A stretch of DNA of 64,000 nucleotides. It comes from an uncultured delta proteobacterium (lineage in GTDB: Bacteria; Desulfobacterota; Binatia; UBA9968). The stretch lies in contig CAWFJP010000011.1 of NCBI GenBank assembly GCA_963816145.1, positions 32,001 to 96,000 of the forward strand, in the 5' to 3' direction. Made by a program: the position numbers and the translations under genes. Each line of letters opens with the position of its first letter. Within the stretch, counting starts at the first letter, position 1. The notes beneath the pieces were generated by a model that saw only the letters and a list, made by a program, of their open reading frames with translations, made no database searches and was not told the DNA's origin. Positions 52,408 through 62,329 of the stretch are shown piece by piece.

Positions 52408-53318
52408 CCGACGCGGCGTTCCGACCATCCAAAATCCAAAATCTAAAATCCAAAATTAGCTCATACGGCAGTTTGGTGCGCTTCTCCCATACCGTGTTCG
52501 CGCTTCCCTTCGCCCTGGCATCGATCGCTCTGGCGTGGCCGCGACATCCGGTGACGCCACGCGGCCTGCTGTGGGTACTGGTTGCCATGGTTGGCGCGCG
52601 CACAGCGGCGATGGGCTTCAACCGGCTCGCTGATCGAAAATTCGACTCGTTGAATCCACGCACGAAGAACTGGGAATTGCCCCAAAGAAAAGTGAAGGTC
52701 GGCGAAGCCATCGTGCTGACAGCCTTGGCTTCGGCGGTCTTCATTCTGGCCGCCTATGAGCTCAACTGGCTTTGTTTTGTCTTATCGCCGGTTGCCCTGG
52801 CAATTGTGTTTTTCTACTCGCTCACCAAAAGATTTACCTGGGCCTCCCATCTGTTTCTTGGCCTCGCCTTAGCCGTCGCGCCGGTTGGCGCATGGCTGGC
52901 GGTCGCCCAACCGCCCTTTGAGGTCGCCGAACTCCAGGTGCCCGTCTATCTAGGACTGGCAGTGGTATTTTGGCTTGCCGGCTTCGATATTATCTATTCG
53001 CTGCAAGACCGCGAGTTTGACGACAAGATAGGCCTCCAGTCGATACCGGTTCGCTTCGGTGTCAGCGGCGCGCTGCGCTTGTCGAGTGTGTTTCATTTTT
53101 GCACTGTAGTGTTTTTCGGATTGGTCGGGCTAACGGCAGAGCTAGGCGTCATCTACTGGGCTGGTTGCGCCTGCGTTTCAATCATTTTGTTCTGGGAACA
53201 CCGCATCGTGCGACCGCACGACTTAGGCAAAATCAATCGCGCCTTCTTTGATTTCAACGCCTACGTGAGCTTGGGTTATTTGATCACGATCATTGCCGAT
53301 TTGAACCTGCGCCTATAG
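52404..53318 (+). CDS. ubiA: UbiA-like polyprenyltransferase (MqnP-like)
   Basis: 'HTVFALPFA', 'ARTAAMGFNRLADR.FD..NPRT', 'FDIIYSLQD'; ATGA overlap with ubiD. Confidence 0.9.
   Translation: MTDAAFRPSKIQNLKSKISSYGSLVRFSHTVFALPFALASIALAWPRHPVTPRGLLWVLVAMVGARTAAMGFNRLADRKFDSLNPRTKNWELPQRKVKVGEAIVLTALASAVFILAAYELNWLCFVLSPVALAIVFFYSLTKRFTWASHLFLGLALAVAPVGAWLAVAQPPFEVAELQVPVYLGLAVVFWLAGFDIIYSLQDREFDDKIGLQSIPVRFGVSGALRLSSVFHFCTVVFFGLVGLTAELGVIYWAGCACVSIILFWEHRIVRPHDLGKINRAFFDFNAYVSLGYLITIIADLNLRL
52427..52457. repeat. tandem heptamer repeat (ATCYAAA)x4
   Basis: ATCCAAA ATCCAAA ATCTAAA ATCCAAA ATT, translated as SKIQNLKSKI in the UbiA N-terminus. Confidence 0.75.
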
Positions 53319-53395
53319 CGTAACCGTCACCGCCCGAACCACCGACTCCGTCGCGTTCAGAAAATCGCGTTCGCCGTCAGACCAGTGAGTTCCCT

Positions 53396-54217
53396 ATGAT
53401 TGAATACTTCGCCATATTTGCCATCGGCTTTGCGGTTAGCGCTTTCGGCACCCTGGTTGGTTTTGGCGGTGGAGTTTTCATGGTGCCGATTCTGACGTTG
53501 GTTTTTCAATTGCCGATTCAGTTGGCGATCGGCTGCGTCATCATGGCGCTGTTTCCCTCAGCTTTGTTGTCGACAGTCCATAATACGCGGCGCGGCTTGA
53601 TCGATTTCACCGTCGGCATCATGCTGGAAATTCCTACCGTCATCGGCACCGTCATCGGCGCCCGGCTCACCAACCTGCTGCCGACGGAACAACTTGAAGT
53701 ACTCTTTAGCGTCATGATTATTATTGTCGGCGCGACCATGCTTCGGGAACAGCCGGACGCCGCCCCAGCGCCGCTCGGTTTTTTCAGGAAAATGAATGAG
53801 CTGCCGCCGCGGTTCCAGCGCAAGACCGCGGCCGGAACCTACCGGATGAGCGGCTTGACGGTGACGCTCTTTGGCCTTATCTCGGGGTTGATCGCCGGTT
53901 TGTTCGGCATTGGCGGCGGGTTCATCAAAGGGCCGCTAATGGTGCTCGGCTTCGGTATTCCAGCGCGCATTGCCGCACCGACAGCGTTGTTCATGATTGT
54001 GATCACCAGCGCGGTAGGATCGACTTCGCACTACCTGCTTGGCCATATTCAGTGGCAAATCGGCCTCCTGCTGGTCGTGTCGTTTACACTCGGCGCCCTG
54101 TTTGGCAATTATCGGGCGCGGGTGATTTCGGAAAAGAGACTTATCAAGTATATCGGTTTTGGACTGATCGCGGCCGGGATTTCCATGGCCGTTTCGGTCG
54201 TCGCGCACCTGGTCTGA
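53396..54217 (+). CDS. TauE/SafE family sulfite exporter-like membrane protein
   Basis: 'GTLVGFGGG', 'GLFGIGGG', about eight TMs. Confidence 0.88.
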   Translation: MIEYFAIFAIGFAVSAFGTLVGFGGGVFMVPILTLVFQLPIQLAIGCVIMALFPSALLSTVHNTRRGLIDFTVGIMLEIPTVIGTVIGARLTNLLPTEQLEVLFSVMIIIVGATMLREQPDAAPAPLGFFRKMNELPPRFQRKTAAGTYRMSGLTVTLFGLISGLIAGLFGIGGGFIKGPLMVLGFGIPARIAAPTALFMIVITSAVGSTSHYLLGHIQWQIGLLLVVSFTLGALFGNYRARVISEKRLIKYIGFGLIAAGISMAVSVVAHLV

Positions 54218-54219
54218 AT

Positions 54220-54524
54220 GCTGCTCGGGTGGGCAATTTCATATGTCTCCCCTTACCGATCTCCATTCTGAAGTTCCGACACACATCGCAAGCGGCAGCA
54301 GTCCGATCATCGCCATGATCAACTCTTCCGCCGCCTTTCTTGGCAAGCTGTTGATCGATCAGATACCCTTCCTGCTAACCTTCGTCGTCGTGGTGGGTGC
54401 GGCGCTGGGTGCGATCGGCGGCGAACGAGTTCATCGACAGCTCTCCCGCGCGACACTTCGGCGAATCTACGCCACTTTGGTGACCACAATTGCTTTGAGA
54501 GTCTGGCTGACACTACTTGCGTAG
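54220..54524 (+). pseudogene. remnant of a second TauE/SafE gene (C-terminal part, frameshifted)
   Basis: 'GNFICLPLPISILK' joins by frameshift near 54270 to 'VPTHIASGSS...GAALGAIGG..LSRATLRRIY'. Confidence 0.55.
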
Positions 54525-54691
54525 TTATCTTCTTCGAGCATCCGAATTTCAAACCGACACAGCAGAGAAACTTTGACGGCTTGGGAACTGTCAAGATCGC
54601 AAACGGGGATCGCAAACGGGGGTTGCTGTCGGTGGGGTTGTATTGCTATTGTATGACCTAGCCTATCCTTATTCGTCTCAAGGAGGATGCC

Positions 54692-55333
54692 ATGAAAGTT
54701 CACGCCGCATTATTAGGATTGTTTTTAACAATCTCGGTTAGTGGCTGCGCGAGCCTGCAGGTTGGCAGCGATTTCCAAGCTGGCCGCAACGCGCTCCTGA
54801 CCGGCAAAACCGAAGTCGCACTATCCTATTTTCAAGGCGTCGCCGAAAAAGACCCTAGCTATATTTACGGCACGGCATATCACGAGGGGGTGTTGGGTTT
54901 TCTCGGCCGCACTCAATATACCCTCGGCCAACTGCCGCAAGCACAGAAAACCCTGGAGCGTGCGATTGCTCTGAACCAGAATGACACGTCGGCACGGCTC
55001 TACCTTGGCTTAACGCTCGCCCGCTCGGATGACCGGCAAGGCGGTTTGACTGAGATCGAAAGCAGCATGAAAGCCATTCATGACTTCTTGGAGTATGTGA
55101 CCCAGGCGTTTCGCTTCTCCTTCGGCCAATATTGGGACCCGACGCGGCAAATTCGCTCGGCGATTGAAAGTAACCTGGCGATGATCCGCAGCAAGGAGAT
55201 TGTTTGGCCAAGACTCATTGCCGATGGTGAATGGCTCGGCAAGGAGATCGACGAGGAGATCGACCGGGCCCGCTACGACGAGATACGCGATCGCAGCCGC
55301 GAAAACGACGGCGGTGGCGATAGCCACCCGTGA
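54692..55333 (+). CDS. TPR-containing lipoprotein
   Basis: Lipobox 'VSGC', TPR-like 'LGRTQY', 'ARLYLGLTL'; AGGAGG RBS. Confidence 0.78.
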   Translation: MKVHAALLGLFLTISVSGCASLQVGSDFQAGRNALLTGKTEVALSYFQGVAEKDPSYIYGTAYHEGVLGFLGRTQYTLGQLPQAQKTLERAIALNQNDTSARLYLGLTLARSDDRQGGLTEIESSMKAIHDFLEYVTQAFRFSFGQYWDPTRQIRSAIESNLAMIRSKEIVWPRLIADGEWLGKEIDEEIDRARYDEIRDRSRENDGGGDSHP

Positions 55334-55571
55334 TCTGTTTTCGGCGGCCAAGAAGTATCACGCCTGAAGAGAGCTGCAATCATTGAATTGAGAAAGCGGG
55401 TAGGCGCCGAACTGTAAGTACGCCTGGTTAGGACAGCGGCAGGTTGCCTTCGCAGAGACCAGGCAACGCACCGCTGGTTTGTTGTTGCTCAGAGATAATA
55501 TCTCGAGATCGCAATACGCGAGTGATCGGTCTCTGCCCGAAACCAAGGCTAACTTTGGAATTTAGGTTCAG

Positions 55572-56198
55572 TTACCCGCCGTACAGCGGTCGGGTATTTT
55601 GGATTCTGGTGTTTCGCTGATGATTTACTTCGTCGTCGACTAGCAACATCAAGCGATCGGTTGCCGAGATGATATTATCTTTTTCTTCAATTCCCTTAGT
55701 TATCAAAAAGGCCGAGCGCCTGATTTGCGCATGGATGAGCCCACGGGTGTCGAAATAAATAAAATTCTGATAACCGTCAACCATCACTTTGCTGGCCAGG
55801 GTGAGCCCGCCTTTTAGGCTTTCAATGCCAGCGTCAAGCTGGCCTAAACGCAACTGCGTAAGGCCGAAGGCGATCCAGGCCATCTCATCTTCTTTATTGA
55901 CAACCAGGGCGCGCTGAAGAATGGCATGGGCCGGTTGGAACTTATTGGTGCGGTAATAGGCGCGGCCCAGATACGTGAGACTATCTTTATACGTGGGATC
56001 CTGAGAGACCACCGTTTCTAAAGCGGTGATCGCTAACTCCATATCTCCGCTCCGGCCGCGGAGAAACTGCTCCTTGCCCTCTTCGTAGCGCCCGCCGACA
56101 CCCAAGCGCGGAACCGCATGGTTACAGGCGAAACTCATAAACACCAACGACAGAACACAAACCACAGATTGACGGTTCAACCGTTGCATTGATTTCAT
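55572..56198 (-). CDS. TPR-containing lipoprotein
   Basis: Lipobox 'SFAC', 'DPTY..LGRAYY', 'FGLTQL'; similar layout to 54692-55333; start could be 56189 or 56213. Confidence 0.75.
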   Translation of the reverse strand: MKSMQRLNRQSVVCVLSLVFMSFACNHAVPRLGVGGRYEEGKEQFLRGRSGDMELAITALETVVSQDPTYKDSLTYLGRAYYRTNKFQPAHAILQRALVVNKEDEMAWIAFGLTQLRLGQLDAGIESLKGGLTLASKVMVDGYQNFIYFDTRGLIHAQIRRSAFLITKGIEEKDNIISATDRLMLLVDDEVNHQRNTRIQNTRPLYGG

Positions 56199-56424
56199 CG
56201 TCCTCTTAATCAAGGTATCCGGATCGCAAGCATTTCATCGTCATCACTCAGCTGCAGAATCGTTCGTTCGTCAATTATTACCAATAAGAAAAGACTACTG
56301 CAACGCCGCCGATTCTCGTGCTCGGAATAATTGTACCGGATAACTTCGGCACCGCAACAAAATGTGTACTTACTATCGCTCGCTTCACTGGTCTTGTTGC
56401 AGAAAATCAATGTCAGGGACAAAT

Positions 56425-56460
56425 AAAAAGGGGGAAGCCCGTTAGGATTTCCCCCTTTTT
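56425..56460. terminator. intrinsic terminator (bidirectional-looking) downstream of the porin
   Basis: AAAAAGGGGGAAGCCC-GTTA-GGATTTCCCCCTTTTT. Confidence 0.8.
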
Positions 56461-56481
56461 GGTTAAGATTCTAAGTTTAGC

Positions 56482-58009
56482 TTAGAATGTGTAACGCCAG
56501 TTCAGAGCCACCGTTACCCAATCGCCGCCTACGCCACGCCGGCAATCGGTCGCGCCAAGATTTCCTACTTTGTCACAAACCCCAAGTTGATATCCAGCTT
56601 GGTTGGTGCGGTTACCCAAGTTCGAGGCGTCATACCACAAGAAGTTCGCGCCTATGCTCATGCGCGGGGCGATGAAATACCATATATCCCACTCACGGAG
56701 CAATATGCGGTTACGGTGGAATTGGCCCAGCAGCGTAGTAGGGCCACCGCAAGCAAGAGCACCGAAATCATTACAACTACTTGATATGTCGGTCCGCTCA
56801 AAGTGCGTGCCGACTAGGACTGAGCCGGTTTGGGTTGCCGACCCAGTCAGCCAGCCCTTCGGGCTCCACAGAAACAGGTCGTGACCGATCAACCAGTCAT
56901 GGGCGCGCTTCTTACCAACCGTGCCGCCATCGTCACTGGCCTGCAAAAACTGAGTCATGGCGCGCAGGGTATAGGGCCCCACGTTCCACACCAAGCCTGG
57001 TCCAATCGCGATAGCGGTTCCTTTACCCACGCTGCCCGCCCCGGTGTCAAACAAGGTCGTCCGGCCGCCGTCGCCATGATCCTGAATCCGGAAGCGGTCG
57101 AGGCAGACGGCGGAGTCAGATCGGTTGTCGTTGTTACAGAACCAGGCGCCAGTCTCAAAGGTCAAGCCGCTGATCCATTTGTTCTTGACTTGCGAGAACG
57201 GCTGGATATTGCCGTACACGTTGAACGACTGACGGTCCGACGTGGTCTGCGTGCCGTCGTCGCCTTCGGCGATTGTCGACATGCTGAATTGCAGCCTGCC
57301 GATGCGGCCGGGGATGAAAATGCCGCTTAGATCTTTGTCATCCCAGTTGAGCACGAAACCGCTGCCCGCGCGACCGGTGTTGAAACCGTTGTTGCGGCTG
57401 AGCAAGTCATACTCCATCTGTGCGCCGGTGGCTACCCGAGCCCTGACGCGACAAGCTGCTGCCTGAGGCAGTTGAGATATCCATACCGAACTGCACGGTC
57501 GGCAACCATGGGCTGATGTTCTCGCCATGGAAATTGACCGCGCCACGCTGCAACATGGAACCTACGCCGGTGGCTTGGTTGTTCTTGCCGTTACCCGTGC
57601 CCCAACCGTCGAGGTCGAGAGTCGCCTCGATTTCCCACAAGCAGTTATTGATGCAGTAAAAAATCCCAGGGCGGAAACGCCGGCCCATGAGCTGGCCGTT
57701 GGTCCGACCGGTTTGGTCGCGCCCGTTCTCAAAATTGTAGCGGAAGTGGGTTTCAGCAGTGAACCGCAGCCCCCACGCCTTGTCCGCTGCTTCGATATTC
57801 ACACCGTTGCCGGGACGATACGAAAACGAGGGCATCGCTGCTGCCGCCGCCGTCGCCTCCTTCTTCAGCTCGATCTGCTGTTCTTTTAGCTGCTGGAGTT
57901 CTTGCTCGAGCACACTGATCTTCTCACTGACGCTCTGGGCTTGAACCGTCCCCGCAGTTAAAAGGAAAGCAGCTAGCATGCTGGCTAACCACATTTTCTT
58001 TCTCATCAT
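56482..58009 (-). pseudogene. outer-membrane porin (phosphate-selective porin-like), split by one +1 frameshift near 57436
   Basis: Signal peptide + coiled coil + beta strands (57407-58009) continue into 'ATGAQMEYDLL...NWRYTF' (terminal Phe) if one base of TCGGGTA is removed; may be a sequencing error. Confidence 0.78.
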
Positions 58010-58367
58010 TGCCTCCTTTTGCCTCCCTGAAAATAAATATTTTTTTCATTAAACAGTGGAAATTGCCTGCAAATTAATGGGCAAATTCGACTGTTCCGAA
58101 TGGTTGTACTCGAATTTTCCCTATTCCGACAATAGGACGTTCGGATGATTTTAGGCTAGAAATCCTATGAGACCATCAAATCGGTAGTACCTTAGTATGA
58201 CGTCTGCGGCGTTCGGGGGGATTTTGCAGCTATTTAGGCGAGAAAAAGCGCCACCGGCTTGGCCTTTAGCCTCAATTTGGACGAGTTGGGGGGCACCGAG
58301 CCGGCCTTGGTTTATTGCGTAATTTATGCGACTTAGGAGCTGAAGCCTGATTCATTTTTTGCGATTT

Positions 58368-58838
58368 ATGAAGGCAAAGAAGCGAAGTATCTACGTAGTA
58401 ACCAAATGGCTCGCCATCGCCGGGTACTTGGCGCTGGCTTCCTGCGCACCACGGGTCGTCGAGATGAACCCGCTGCGGGGGATGCCTGGCGACACAGTCG
58501 GTCTGTCGATGGAGTACCTCGTCGGTTGGCCGCGCGTGGAGATTGGCAGCGTCATGATGGATTGGCCGCAGCTCAGGCTTCAGGCCACCGATGCCAATCG
58601 TAAAGATGTTCCCGGCGAAGAGCTCATTTGGATCGAAGATAAGATTTTATATTTCAAGATTCCCGAGCTTACGCCCGGCGATTATAAAGTCACCATCCAC
58701 GACGATAAGGGACCTCCCGGCGATTTGATTTATTCGTTCCTCGAGACCACCGCCTACCTCGTCTTCCCACCGGTTTGGCCTTTCGTCTTGCGCTCCAATC
58801 AAGCAGAGGTTGACTTGCGTGTGCTACCAAAAAATTAG
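58368..58838 (+). CDS. hypothetical lipoprotein (Ig/IPT-like)
   Basis: Lipobox 'LASC', 'P..G.PGDTV', 'IPELTPGDYKVTI'. Confidence 0.6.
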   Translation: MKAKKRSIYVVTKWLAIAGYLALASCAPRVVEMNPLRGMPGDTVGLSMEYLVGWPRVEIGSVMMDWPQLRLQATDANRKDVPGEELIWIEDKILYFKIPELTPGDYKVTIHDDKGPPGDLIYSFLETTAYLVFPPVWPFVLRSNQAEVDLRVLPKN

Positions 58839-58957
58839 CGACACCGACTGCATCGGTACAATGTCGAATCGTGAACTCATAGAGATGATTGCCGTACGTC
58901 GAGAAAACTCGAGGCGTTAGGGAGACCGCTTAAGGTTTGCGACACTGCGCCAAATCC

Positions 58958-58990
58958 TTGACTCACGCGCTCGTCAATGTATGGTAAACT
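58958..58990 (+). promoter_or_regulatory. possible sigma70 promoter for bamD
   Basis: TTGACT followed by TATGGT (16-nt spacer) or TG-n-TAAACT. Confidence 0.3.
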
Positions 58991-59020
58991 GAAACCGGTC
59001 AGAAAAGGGGGCTTGATTCT

Positions 59021-60880
59021 ATGTGGAAGAAAACCGCTATAATTCTCATGTCGACCTACTTACTGGCATCCGGTTGCTCGTCGGTTTCTTTGCCGTCGAT
59101 GCCATGGTCCGGTTCGGCTGCGAATGCCGATCCAACGGCCGAGGCGCTTTTCGAAGAAGGCGTGCGCAATTTCAATGACAAGAAGTATGTCCGCGCCATC
59201 GATAGCTTCACGAAAATCAAGACCGATTATCCCTTCAGCCCGCTGGTGCCCGAGGCTGAATTGAAAGCTGCAGATGCGTTCTATTTGAATGAGCAGTATC
59301 CCGAGGCGGTCAACCTGTTTAAAGAGTTCCAGTCCCTCCATCCGACCAGCGAGCATAACGCCTTCGTGACTTTGCGCCTCGGGCAAGCCTATTTCGACCA
59401 GTTTACCGGCGTCGACCGTGATCAGAAAAACACCGAACTCGCCAAGGGTTATTTTGAGGCGGTGATCACCAACTATCCGAAGTCGCCGCAAGCCGCCATC
59501 GCCAAAGAAAAACTCGCGCAAGCCGTCGAATACCTCGCGGAACATGAGTTCATCGCCGCGCAATTTTATTTCCAACAGCAAAAATATGCCGCCGCGCGCG
59601 ACCGTTTCGAGGAAATCGTACGCAAGTACAGAGACACACCGACAGCGGTAAAAAGTCTGTTCTTTTTGGGCGAAAGCTACCGCCTGGAGAAAAATAGCCT
59701 GCGCGCGACGCTCGCATACGAAGCACTGATTCAGCGCTATCCGCAGAGTAAGTACGCCGCCGACGCGCGAATACAAATGGCCCTGGTGGAGAAAGAAAAA
59801 CGCGATCCGCTGGATCTCCTGTTAATGCGCGATCGCCGCCCTGGAGGCGCCCCCGCGCCGGAAGTAAAGGAAGATCCGGCGCTGGCCAAACTCAAGGATT
59901 TAAATCTGGTAGCCAAGAAGGAGGTAGTCTACGAGGAACCAGGTGCGGAAAAAGGATTTTTCAAGCGCTTTACCGAGAAGATAAACCCGTTCTCGTCCTC
60001 GACTCCTAGCGCGCCAAAGCCGGAGGAGAGTGCCCTGGACATGGTCGCCAAGAAAAACGAAGCAGCCAAACAGGATTCCGGCGGTATCTTATCGTCGCTC
60101 TGGCCCTTCGGTAGCAAAGAAACTACTAAACCGGCTAAGGGCGGTGAAACCGAAACCAGCGGTCTTGTTGCCGGAATCGACCAGTCATTGAATCAAAAGG
60201 GCATCGACTCCCAGTCGCGCCAGGCGACGCTAAAAGCGCCGGCGGCGGATTTGCCAAAGCCGGAACCGGCAGCACCACCGCCGACAGATACCCGTGTGCT
60301 TTTAGGCTCCATTGACGCCAACCTCCAAAAAAGCGGCACAAACCCGAGCCAAATGCCCCAGGCGCCGGCTGCCGCAGCCGCATTCAACGACATCTCAGCG
60401 GTCAAGGCCGCCGTTGCAGCGAGCGAGAAAACACCAAGCCCGCCAACGAGCGAAGTTCTAAGCAGCATCGATCAGAAGTTGCGCGCTAAAGGGGTCGAGC
60501 CGGCAAAATTTGAAGCCCCGCCTCCAGTGCCGGCCAAAGGAGACACGGCGCCAAAACCGCAACCGCGGACGGTTGAGTTAGAACCTAAGCTGACGGTCGA
60601 AAAGGGGCCGCTGTTTTTGAGTCCCGGCGATGCGCCGGTTCCGCCAACGGCAACACAAGAACCCAACAACGCTCCGTCGCCGGCAAGCGAACCCAAGCAG
60701 GAAATCGCTTCACGACCTTTGGTGAAAGGGCCCATTCAAGCTCAGGCCGCCGCGCCAAGCCCGAAGCCAGCGGCGCCGAGAAACCCAGGATCCACAGAAG
60801 AGGGCAGCACCAACGTCTTTGGCCAGATCCAGCAGGATCTTGAGAAGGCGAGCAAGATTCTCAATCCGTTCAGCTGGTAA
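59021..60880 (+). CDS. bamD: outer membrane protein assembly factor BamD with long Pro/Ala-rich C-terminal extension
   Basis: Lipobox 'ASGC', 'YPFSP', 'F..LHPT', 'DRDQ', 'LAEHE..AQFYF', 'AARDRF'; about 350 extra residues. Confidence 0.85.
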   Translation: MWKKTAIILMSTYLLASGCSSVSLPSMPWSGSAANADPTAEALFEEGVRNFNDKKYVRAIDSFTKIKTDYPFSPLVPEAELKAADAFYLNEQYPEAVNLFKEFQSLHPTSEHNAFVTLRLGQAYFDQFTGVDRDQKNTELAKGYFEAVITNYPKSPQAAIAKEKLAQAVEYLAEHEFIAAQFYFQQQKYAAARDRFEEIVRKYRDTPTAVKSLFFLGESYRLEKNSLRATLAYEALIQRYPQSKYAADARIQMALVEKEKRDPLDLLLMRDRRPGGAPAPEVKEDPALAKLKDLNLVAKKEVVYEEPGAEKGFFKRFTEKINPFSSSTPSAPKPEESALDMVAKKNEAAKQDSGGILSSLWPFGSKETTKPAKGGETETSGLVAGIDQSLNQKGIDSQSRQATLKAPAADLPKPEPAAPPPTDTRVLLGSIDANLQKSGTNPSQMPQAPAAAAAFNDISAVKAAVAASEKTPSPPTSEVLSSIDQKLRAKGVEPAKFEAPPPVPAKGDTAPKPQPRTVELEPKLTVEKGPLFLSPGDAPVPPTATQEPNNAPSPASEPKQEIASRPLVKGPIQAQAAAPSPKPAAPRNPGSTEEGSTNVFGQIQQDLEKASKILNPFSW

Positions 60881-61025
60881 TAACCTGGGCACAGAGAATC
60901 CGGATTAAAATCAGCTCTCTCTTTAGTTGGGTGAGGAGTGTCCCGCCTGCGACGGTAGGTCTGGAGGCTCCGCTTTTTCAACAACCGCGCGACCTTACTA
61001 GCTCAGTCCAACTCGCCGGATAATT

Positions 61026-62168
61026 TCACGGTGATTGTGCGTGCATCGCGGGATGGACGCGCATCCCTTCTTTGATCTTGCCCATGCGATCGATAACGAC
61101 CTGATCGCCGGCTTTCAAACCAGCACGGATCACGATGGGATCGCTATTCGCGTCATCGAGTTCTACAAGCCGCCGCACAGCGCGGCCATCGACAACTCGA
61201 TAGACATAGTGCTGGTCGGCCGCAGATTGCAGCGCCGAGCGGGGAATCGTAATAACTTGCTCTTGCCTTTCCAAGCTTAGAGTCGCATCGACAGTCGCAC
61301 CGATTTGCAGCGTGCGATCGCGGTTATCGACGCGAATTTCAATTGGCATCGCCGCGCCGTCGCTCTTGATGTTACCGTCTAGGCGGACGACTTTTCCAGC
61401 ACGCACTTCAACCGACCCTTGCCGGGCGGAAACCTGCGCGGCCATGCCATCACGAACTAGCGTTGTATATCTCGCCGGCACTTCACCAAGCAACTTGAGG
61501 TTATCGATCTGCGCGATCGTGAGTATGGCACGCGCCTCATTGACCGGCGTGCCTGCTGATAAGGCGCCGGTTACCAAGCCAGAAATCGGCGCGACTACAC
61601 GGCCAAACTGTTGCAGCTTGCGCACCTGGGTTAACATCGCTTCCTGTTGGGCGATCTGGGCGCGCAGCAAGTCAAGCTGCGCTCGATTGGTGGCGGCTTG
61701 GATCTCCGCCTGTTCGACATCGCGCCGGGCGATCAAATCCTGACGATAGAGATCCTGGTAACGCGAAAACTGTTTGTCCGTTTCCGCCGCCTGCTGCTCA
61801 CTATCCTGGAGTTGCTTTCTTGTTACCTTGAGTTCGGCTTCAACCAGTCGCACGCGCTCGGTCAATTCGCCGGAATATACCGATGCGACGACCGCGCCGG
61901 CGTTTACGGTATCGCCGGTTTTGAATCTCACCTCGGTCAACCGACCGGCAACTCGCGGTACCACATTGACTTCAACGGCCGGCCGCAGCTCGCCGCTGAC
62001 GCGTAAAACAATCGGCCGCGACTCGCGGGTCACCTCAGCAATCGCGACGATGACTGCGTCATTATCGAGGAACCACTGCCAGGGCCTAGTGCCAAACGCG
62101 AATAAGCCCAGAGCCAGTAGCACCGCGGCACCTGAGATAACGGAAACCAGCGAACTTGCGGGTTTCAT
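61026..62168 (-). CDS. RND efflux periplasmic adaptor (membrane fusion protein)
   Basis: 'PRVAGRL..V.FKTGD.V', hairpin coiled coil, 'APISG', 'GLKAGDQVV'. Confidence 0.88.
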   Translation of the reverse strand: MKPASSLVSVISGAAVLLALGLFAFGTRPWQWFLDNDAVIVAIAEVTRESRPIVLRVSGELRPAVEVNVVPRVAGRLTEVRFKTGDTVNAGAVVASVYSGELTERVRLVEAELKVTRKQLQDSEQQAAETDKQFSRYQDLYRQDLIARRDVEQAEIQAATNRAQLDLLRAQIAQQEAMLTQVRKLQQFGRVVAPISGLVTGALSAGTPVNEARAILTIAQIDNLKLLGEVPARYTTLVRDGMAAQVSARQGSVEVRAGKVVRLDGNIKSDGAAMPIEIRVDNRDRTLQIGATVDATLSLERQEQVITIPRSALQSAADQHYVYRVVDGRAVRRLVELDDANSDPIVIRAGLKAGDQVVIDRMGKIKEGMRVHPAMHAQSP

Positions 62169-62329
62169 GGGTCAGCGCCCGGAAGCTCGATAGTGAATGA
62201 TGCAGGATCGGTCCGTAATCGGATTTGAACGATAACGATGTTGCTCCGCTCCCGGCCGCGAAAAAAAAGGCCACCGCCTGTTACCAGACGATGGCCTGTA
62301 AAGATTTGTTATGATTTCTCCCAACGCGC

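Noticed and set aside
56210-56422. 70-aa ORF between the porin terminator and the TPR gene
   Set aside because: No RBS, AT-rich promoter-like DNA and no protein motifs
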